Origin: Eledone cirrhosa
Taxonomy: Eukaryota
NCBI GenBank assembly: GCA_964016885.1
Contig: OZ024740.1
Coordinates: 110,298,001 to 110,362,000, forward strand
Direction of reading: 5' to 3'
DNA length: 64,000 nt
Positions 56,003 to 64,000 of the stretch are shown piece by piece. The notes under the pieces are model-generated. The model saw nothing but the letters and a program-made list of their open reading frames with translations. It was not told the origin of the DNA and ran no database searches. The translations under genes were made by a program, and so were the position numbers. The stretch's first letter is position 1, and the number at the start of each line of letters is the position of its first letter.

Positions 56003-56349
56003 CTCTATATATATATAAACACACGCAGATACACACAAACACACACGTACATATGTATGTATATAATGTATATACACACACCCACACACGCACCATGCAT
56101 ACATACGTGTATACATACATACATATACACATAAATATTCAAACATCAAATTGTGAAATTATAAAACCAGAAGAACATACATACATATATATACACATAC
56201 ATACATACATACACACATACATACATATATATACATACATATACACATATATATTCAAACACAAAATTTCTTAAATACCTTTTTGTTAGTTTTTTTCCCA
56301 ACTATAAAACACGATAACTTTATATTCCTGATGATGATGATGATGATAA

Positions 56350-56925
56350 TTTAGGCACAAAGCAAGTAACTTTTTTTATCTAGGTAGGGGAAACGCATTT
56401 GATTATATCGACTCTGGTGTGTTACTGGTACATTATTTTTCGACCCTGTAAGAATAAAAGGTAAGGCTAACCTCGACGGGATTTGAACCCAGAACACAAA
56501 GGGCAGGAACTATATGTAGCAAAGCATGTTGTCCGACGCTCCACCGATGCTGCCAATACATCAACATTTTCCTTTGATTTAGGCACATGGTCAACAATTC
56601 TAGGGAATGGGAAAGTCAATTAAATCGACCCCAGTATTTGACTGGTACTTTATTTTATCGACCTCGTAAGGATGAAAGGTAAAGCTAACCTCGGTAGGAT
56701 TAATAATAATTATTTCTAGTATAGGCACAAGGCCAGTAATTTGGGGGGAGGTGAAAGTCGATTAAATCGACCCCAGTACATTACTGGTACTTTATTTTAT
56801 CGACCCCGTAAGGATGAAAGGAAAAGTTAACCTCGGCGGGATTTGAACTCACACCGTAAAGGGCCGTAACTCTATGCTGCAAAGCATGGTGTCCGACTCT
56901 CCACCGATACTGCCAATCCACCGCC
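56350..56925 (-). mobile_element. Three tandem SINE A copies
   Basis: Repeated core units. The last copy (56712-56925) is full length. Confidence 0.85.
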
Positions 56926-57230
56926 ATTAATAATAATTATAAAGTTACTTTTATTTGCCACACGGGTATCAGATGGATTACATTAAGCGGAGCTTTGTCA
57001 AACATTGAGCACTCAAACGATATAATACCATCCATATTGTCACATTGTGATGAGGATGATGATGGTGTGTGTACAGACAGTCAGACACATACACAGACAC
57101 ACACACACGCACACACACACACACACTGACACTCACTCACGCACGCACTGTCTATCTGTAATATGCAGAATTCTAATCAGGATATACACACATATATATG
57201 AAACATACATACATATACATACACCCCCCC

Positions 57231-57281
<51 letters not shown>

Positions 57282-58860
57282 TTATATGCACACACACAAA
57301 CATACACACACGCATATTTATATATATATATATGTCTGTATGCGTGTTTTAGTTATATGTGTATATCCCGACTAACATCATGGATATTATAAATACTTGT
57401 ACACACACACACGCACACACGCATATATATATATATATATATGTTATACACACACTTAAATAAGTAAATATATATACACACACACATATATATATAGGAG
57501 AAAGAACAGTTAAATACCCATGTATCAGTGACAATAATTAATAAATTGGATTAATTGGATGGATCAATTAGATTATTAAAGTTTGTTGTGACGGAATGTG
57601 TGGTTGGGGTGGGTGGAGGAGAGATGGGGAGGGGGTGTACAGCAAAAGAGGGGAGATGTGGAGAGGATAGGGAGTAGCAGGTAAAGATAATAAATCTTCT
57701 TAGGTCATGACTAAAAGAAAAACTTAAGAAAATTGCTAGCAAAGATGGCGGCTAAGAAGGAAGAAAGAAAGAGAGAGAGAGAGGGAGAGAGAGAGCGTAG
57801 AAGGAAGGTGAGAGAGAAGGAGGATAAGAGAATGCACTGTTCAGATTGTATGACAGCAAGCAGCAGGTGTTGATTATATTTCTATATACAGCATTATCCT
57901 ATGTGTATATGTGTGTATACATATACACACATATCAACAATTCTTCCTCTCTCTTTTCTTCTTTCTCTGTGTGCACACAGTCAAAGACATGTCATCACAA
58001 AACATACCCACATGCACATACATACACATATACACACATACACACATATATACATACATGCACACACATATATATATACGTACATATATAATTGCCAACA
58101 CGCATGCAAGCACATAAATACATATTCATACATACACACATACACATACAAGCAGGCACACACATACATGCATGCATACATTTAAACATACATATATAGA
58201 TACATACACATATATATATATATACATATACATACATACTAACATGCGTACATACATACTAACATACAGTCATGCACACATTCATACATACATAAATACA
58301 TACAATGATATATATATACACTCATAAATACTCACATACATTCATACATACATTCACACATACAAACATACATATATACATGATGCCTGCAACTCGATTT
58401 CGAGTACTGTCATCGCTTGATACTTAAGCATAAGCATCACAAACGTGGCCTTTTAACCTTGCCAGCGACTTGCCTATCGCCAGCAATACCATGCATCGCA
58501 AAAAATGTTACATATCAAACGATGCCTATACTTGAATCTTTTTTAAGTGAGGAAAGGCTTTGCACGGGGCCAATCCCACTCTGAACATTGAATGCATTTG
58601 CTCCCAAAGAAGAACTGGTCTACATCATTGGATGCAAACGAAGTCGCAGGTTTTGTATCAGAGTGATCTTCTCCTAGAGATATCTTAAAGAAGATTGGGA
58701 GTCTCTCGTTTCACAAAAAGAAACTTTATTATACATACATATATACGACACACATTTATACATATATATACATACAAACATATATACATATATACACACA
58801 CGTACATACATAAATATATACATACATATATACACACATACATACATACATACACACATA

Positions 58861-59434
58861 CATAACAGACCAGATATTATGATATGGGACAGGGAAAAGA
58901 AAGCATGCACAGTAGTGGAAGTTAGCTGCCCAGCAGATGCCAATATAATATCAAAGATTAGCGAAAAGGAGAATATTTATGCAGAACTGATAAGAAATCT
59001 GCAGATACTCCACCCTGATTACACCTTCAGATTTATGCCTGTGATTATTGGGGCACTGGGGTATGTTAGTAACTGCCTCAATACAAATCTTGAGAAGCTA
59101 GGCTTCACAGGAACAGAAAGAACACAACTAGTTAGGAAATTACAAGTACAATCCATTAATGGAACAATAAAAATATGTAAAACATTCCAAAGATATTGTA
59201 TCTAATAACTGCATATACACATGTACAGATACAAAGCATATACACATGCACACATACAACTCAAAACATCCACACATACAAAAACATCCATATCTACACA
59301 TACATGCATGCAGGCATGCATACATAATCTACCTAGTTGATGTGTAAATTCCAATGAGAGAGTCTTGTATCTATATTAGAAACCGACTCTCTCTCTATTG
59401 GTAAACATTTGTGAAATTATAAAACCAGAAGAAC
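58861..59434 (+). mobile_element. 3' end of RLE-type non-LTR retrotransposon (R4/Dong-like), copy 1
   Basis: HNRPDIMIWD..VVEVSCP..K..EK..Y..L..VIIGALG, a PD-(D/E)xK restriction-like endonuclease. The 3' UTR ends CCAGAAGAA-CATACATAC. Confidence 0.8.
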
Positions 59435-59443
59435 ATACATACA

Positions 59444-60412
59444 TCAAAGATGTCACCCATCTCATAAGCAGTTCTCCAAAGATGTCATCACGGTACTATC
59501 AACTTATGAGGGATGATGTAGTGGTCAAAACACTATACAATGCAATCTGCAGAAAAGATAGCCCCGACAATAAATGTATTAAAAGTTACAGCAATGTGGA
59601 AGACATATACATACATATGAAAGAATACTGGTGAAATGTTCCATTCATAACCCCAATAAAATACAGGCATAACAAACCAGGGTAAAGAAGGCTTGCACAG
59701 TGGTGGAAGTTAGCTGCCCAGCAGATCCCAACATAATATTAAAGATTAGCGAAAAGGAGAACATAATGAGGAATCTGCAAATACTTCACCCCAACTATGC
59801 CTTCAGGCTTATACCTGTGATCATTGGGACTCTGGGATATATTACTAACTGCCTCAGAACAAATTTTGAGATGCTGGGCTTCACAGAACCACTAAGAGCA
59901 CGTCTAGTTATGAAGTTACAAGTACAATCCATTAATGGAACTGTAAAAATATGTAAAACATTTAAAAAATTCTGCACCTAATAACTACATATACATATGT
60001 ATAGATACAAAACATTCAAGTGTACACTTATAACTTAAAACATACAGATTCACAAAAACAATAACATCCAATCTGCACACACACAGACACAGACATACAT
60101 ACAGAGACACACACGCGCGTGCGCACACGCATGCAGGCATACATAGATATTCACCTAGTTGATGTCTAAATTCCAATGAAAGAGTCTTGTGTCTATGTTA
60201 GAAACCTATTCTTTCTCTCTATTGGTAAAAAAATTATAAATTGTTTCTACTTTAGGCACAAGGTCAACAATTTTAGGGGAGGGAAAAGTCGATTAAATCG
60301 ACCCCAGTGCTTACTGGTGTTTTATTTTATCGACCCCACATGGATGAAAGGCAAAGCTAACCTCGGCGGGATTTGAACTTATAAATTTATAAAATAATGA
60401 AACCAGAAGAAA
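59444..60412 (+). mobile_element. 3' end of RLE-type non-LTR retrotransposon, copy 2 (3' UTR interrupted by a SINE)
   Basis: DVTHLISS..YYQLMRDDVV (degenerate zinc finger/RHD), VEVSCPADPNI..VIIGTLG, and a 3' UTR homologous to copy 1. Confidence 0.8.
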
Positions 60413-61912
60413 TACATATATACTAGAAGATCAATCGGAAAACTAATGCAAAACATCATTATTTTGAATACTTTATAGATAATATTGAATGTGTCAGGAC
60501 GGAATTAATCAACGTTGTCTTATAGATAGGCTAATGAGACATTCTTTAACAATACTGTATATCACAGCCGTCACTTGCAATCAACTATGACTTGGTAGCA
60601 TATATCATACTTTCGCTGTGTTACAGATATCCGTACAGTGGTGAATGGACATACATGCCATGTCAACTCTCCTTCTGTCGACCCAGCAGAACCTCCAGGA
60701 TGTGACAGTTTAAAACAGAGCGGGCTACATTTGCTCTGAACTGGCCCTTATTTTATTGACCCCGAAAGGAAGGAAGGTAAAGCGGATAGTTGCTCAGAGG
60801 CGAAAAAAAAAAAAGAAATATCCAACGTTCTAATGACTCAGTCAAAAGCCGTATATGCTCTGTCTGTTGCAATGATCAGTGCAATTGAATAGATTGGATC
60901 TGAGTCGGTTTCGACGACGACTGTTTTAGAACAACAGTACAGTTTGCTCATGAAATTGACGTGCATGTGGCTGAGCATTCCATCTATACGTTTAACCTTA
61001 ATTTAATTCTTGGGAAGATTCAGCATGACAGTATGTGACAAAGTTTGCCCTTTCAATTACAGGTACAGTCTATCTGAAGGGTATCCAGACAGTTTCCCAT
61101 TTCCAAATTTCACTCACATAGCTTGGCTCAACCCTAGGCTGTGGCATGTGATACTTGTACAACATTCCATGCAAAGGGACTTAACTTTACTAAGGACTTA
61201 AACCTTTTGATACCAATTCAAAACCATCCCTGTCTCTGAAACAAAACACCCGTGTTAAAGGGTTCCGATTTAAATCATATAACTTACAACATAATTTCAT
61301 ATAAGAATAGTTTGCTGTGTTACAAATGATATCTTAATGAAACAACAATTTTTGTAAATCCCTCCAAATTCTTCATTAATTAAAATACCAAACATATTAA
61401 CAAATCCCTCGAAATTCTTCATTCATTAATTAAGTTACTAAGTATTTAATTTGAAATACAGCAACGAAAAGGTTTATGTTTGCAAAGCGAACATTCTAAA
61501 TTGCTGATTCCGCAATGATCAGTGTGTGTCTGTGAAACAGATCCGAATACAAAGGAACCAAACTCTCATCGTCACTGCCTCCGTCTTTTCCGTTCTCCCC
61601 ATCTCTCACTATTATGAGCAAATGGAGGCCCACGCAATGGCCGCCCCGCGACTCCGGTGAACAGAATAGAGAAGACGTTTCCCCGGATGATGATCGGATC
61701 TGGTGTATATTACTCTTTTACCTGTTTCAGCCATCCGGTTGAGGCCATGCTGTATATATTTCAAAGACACACACTCACAATGATAAATGGACTTGCGAAA
61801 GTTATGTCTTACCCATCGACAAAGGAAATTACTATTGACATGATTCGAACTACAAATCATTTAACTTGGGTCTATTGAATCAAAAGCATACTAAACTGCT
61901 GCCATTTAAAGA

Positions 61913-62114
61913 TATGAGGGTCGGTTGAAACGTTCATAGGCTGGTTATGAAGGGGCGATGCTAGGGCTGTGAAATCTTGCATGCATTAATTTCAACTCTT
62001 CTTATTAATAACTGCATTGTTTCTTTCCAGGAACTATGTTTAAAAATAAACCTCATTTGGTCATTCCATGAGAGTATTTTCGTCAGCCTATGAACTTTTC
62101 AGGCGACCATCGTA
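61913..62114. mobile_element. Mariner/Tc1-type MITE
   Basis: ~30 bp TIRs (TATGAGGGTCGGTTGAAACGTTCATAGGCTG / CAGCCTATGAACTTTTCAGGCGACCATCGTA) with TA ends. Confidence 0.8.
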
Positions 62115-62470
62115 AACCACTGGCATTTGAAAATATTTCAATAGCAAATGAAGCAATCTATAGATTAAATATATGTAAATCGTTCATATACGGATGTTAT
62201 CTATAATTTTGATAGTGAATTGGAATAATTTTCTTTTAAAATGAAGGCAATGCTAATGACGACAATTGTGTTTAGAAAACACCCTTGCATGCTAATATTA
62301 CCCTTCGTCAACATTCTATAATTGTATTTTCAACTCTTATTACTTTTAATTTATTCATATTCATATAAACATCGTGGGACAGAGCTCAACACCCCTCTCA
62401 CCCTCTCTCGTGTTCTCGCACGTTTCCTCTCTCTCTCTCATATACAATATATTATTATATTATTTATGTT

Positions 62471-62538
<68 letters not shown>

Positions 62539-64000
62539 TATATACATACATACACAACATTACTCTGCTATTTTTTTTTTTATATTAGCCAGGAATTACA
62601 TCGTAGTCAATGACTTAAAAAAACAACAATTATGAAGATTCCGAAAGAAAAGGTGATATAATTCTATATCTTGACGTACTTATAATTAAAGAAACAAACA
62701 AAAAACCAAAATAACAAACAGTTGTAATAAAGCCGAGAGCATTAGTTTTATGTAATGGTTTTAATTTTTCAATTAGGTTCACTTTTTTTTTATTAAGGGG
62801 CGGAGATTTCTGTTCATGTTGTGAATATTAATAAAACAAATACAAGTCTATGATGAACATCATTGTTTCTTGTGACAATGTCATTGGCAGACGATTTCCT
62901 ATTTTTCTTCCATTTTTTCCCCCTATTGACGCCATCAATGGTCGGTTAGCCGTCGTCAAAACGAGGCTATTTAACCAAATCAGATTTCGGCTGCCATGAT
63001 AACGTTGGGTTATCATATAGCATATAGGCTTCGTGAGAAGTTTGACCTCTATCTCTTCTCACAACATGAGCACCCACTTGCGCAGAATCGTGGCAATAGT
63101 TTGTATGTTTGTTTGGTTTCGTTCCCTTACCAGAATGACAAGATTCTCTCTCGTTTTTGTTTAGAATAAATCAAGAGAAAAAATGACTTTTGTCTCAGAC
63201 ATATCTTTACGTTGTCAGGAACAATCTGCGTGGTTTTAACGAGCAAACTATTCTGTTTGTATATATGTCCTTTATTTTGGTTTATCATCGATTTTGTATT
63301 TATTCTCTAATGAAGTTGTGGTGATGGTAAGAAGGGTTATCACAAGTGTCTGATGACTCGAAAAACATTTTTGAAAGGCGAACAATAAGGGAGCTCATCC
63401 AATCTGGCTTCCTTAATCAACATTTTCTACTTTAACATTTATATTACTTTCTTTCTTTCTTTCTTTCTTTTGTATATATTTGTGTGTTTGTTTCGTTCGT
63501 CGTTTTTCAATTTAAAGTCTTTTCATGGATTCGTCAAAAATCTTTTAATATTCTTGACAAGAAAGAAAGCAATGCCAACTCCTTAAACTTGCCAATATCT
63601 GGCCAGGTTCACATCATTCGTCATTATTAATATTGCTGTATTTATCTGTTATAGTCAGCCCTAACGTTGCTTCCACCCTACTACAAAACCACCACAACCA
63701 CCATTACCCCATCACCACCATCACATCACACCCACCATCATCCAGCACCACTACTTCCACATCTACCACCATTACTACTACCACCATCACTACAACCGCT
63801 ACTCCCCACAACCAACACTACCCACATCAACCCCGACCAGCACCCCAACAACATCATCACCATCATCCACCACGATCATGATTATCCTCATCACAATTAT
63901 CATCATCGTCGTTGTCAGCGTTGTCCACCTCACCTTCTTCCGGCGAGGCTAACTTTGCCTTTCATCCTTACGGGGTTGATATGATAAAGTACCAGTAATG

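Noticed and set aside
60610-60720. Possible exon after a TTACAG acceptor-like site
   Set aside because: No recognisable protein similarity, no clear donor and no partner exons.

Overview
AT-rich, microsatellite-dense metazoan DNA. The SINE, LINE and simple-repeat content resembles an octopus/coleoid cephalopod genome (inference). I found no convincing host protein-coding exon, and most listed ORFs are translations of simple repeats. The recognisable content is a retroelement graveyard: a full-length decayed Tx1/L1-like LINE (18960-24810, -), three Naiad-type Penelope-like elements (PLEs; RT plus C-terminal GIY-YIG), RTE fragments, tandem 3' ends of an RLE-type (R4/Dong-like) LINE, two tRNA-derived SINE families, Helitron termini and a mariner MITE. 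The most notable signal lies outside the ORF track. About a dozen type I hammerhead ribozyme (HHR) motifs from several unrelated sequence families sit in small PLE-like 3'-end cassettes in (TA)n tracts. They include a U3-A8 core variant and variants with long stem II insertions. Many of these insertions share a fold-back (5' inverted duplication) architecture, with arms from about 8 bp to about 1.6 kb. All alignments and folds were done by eye.
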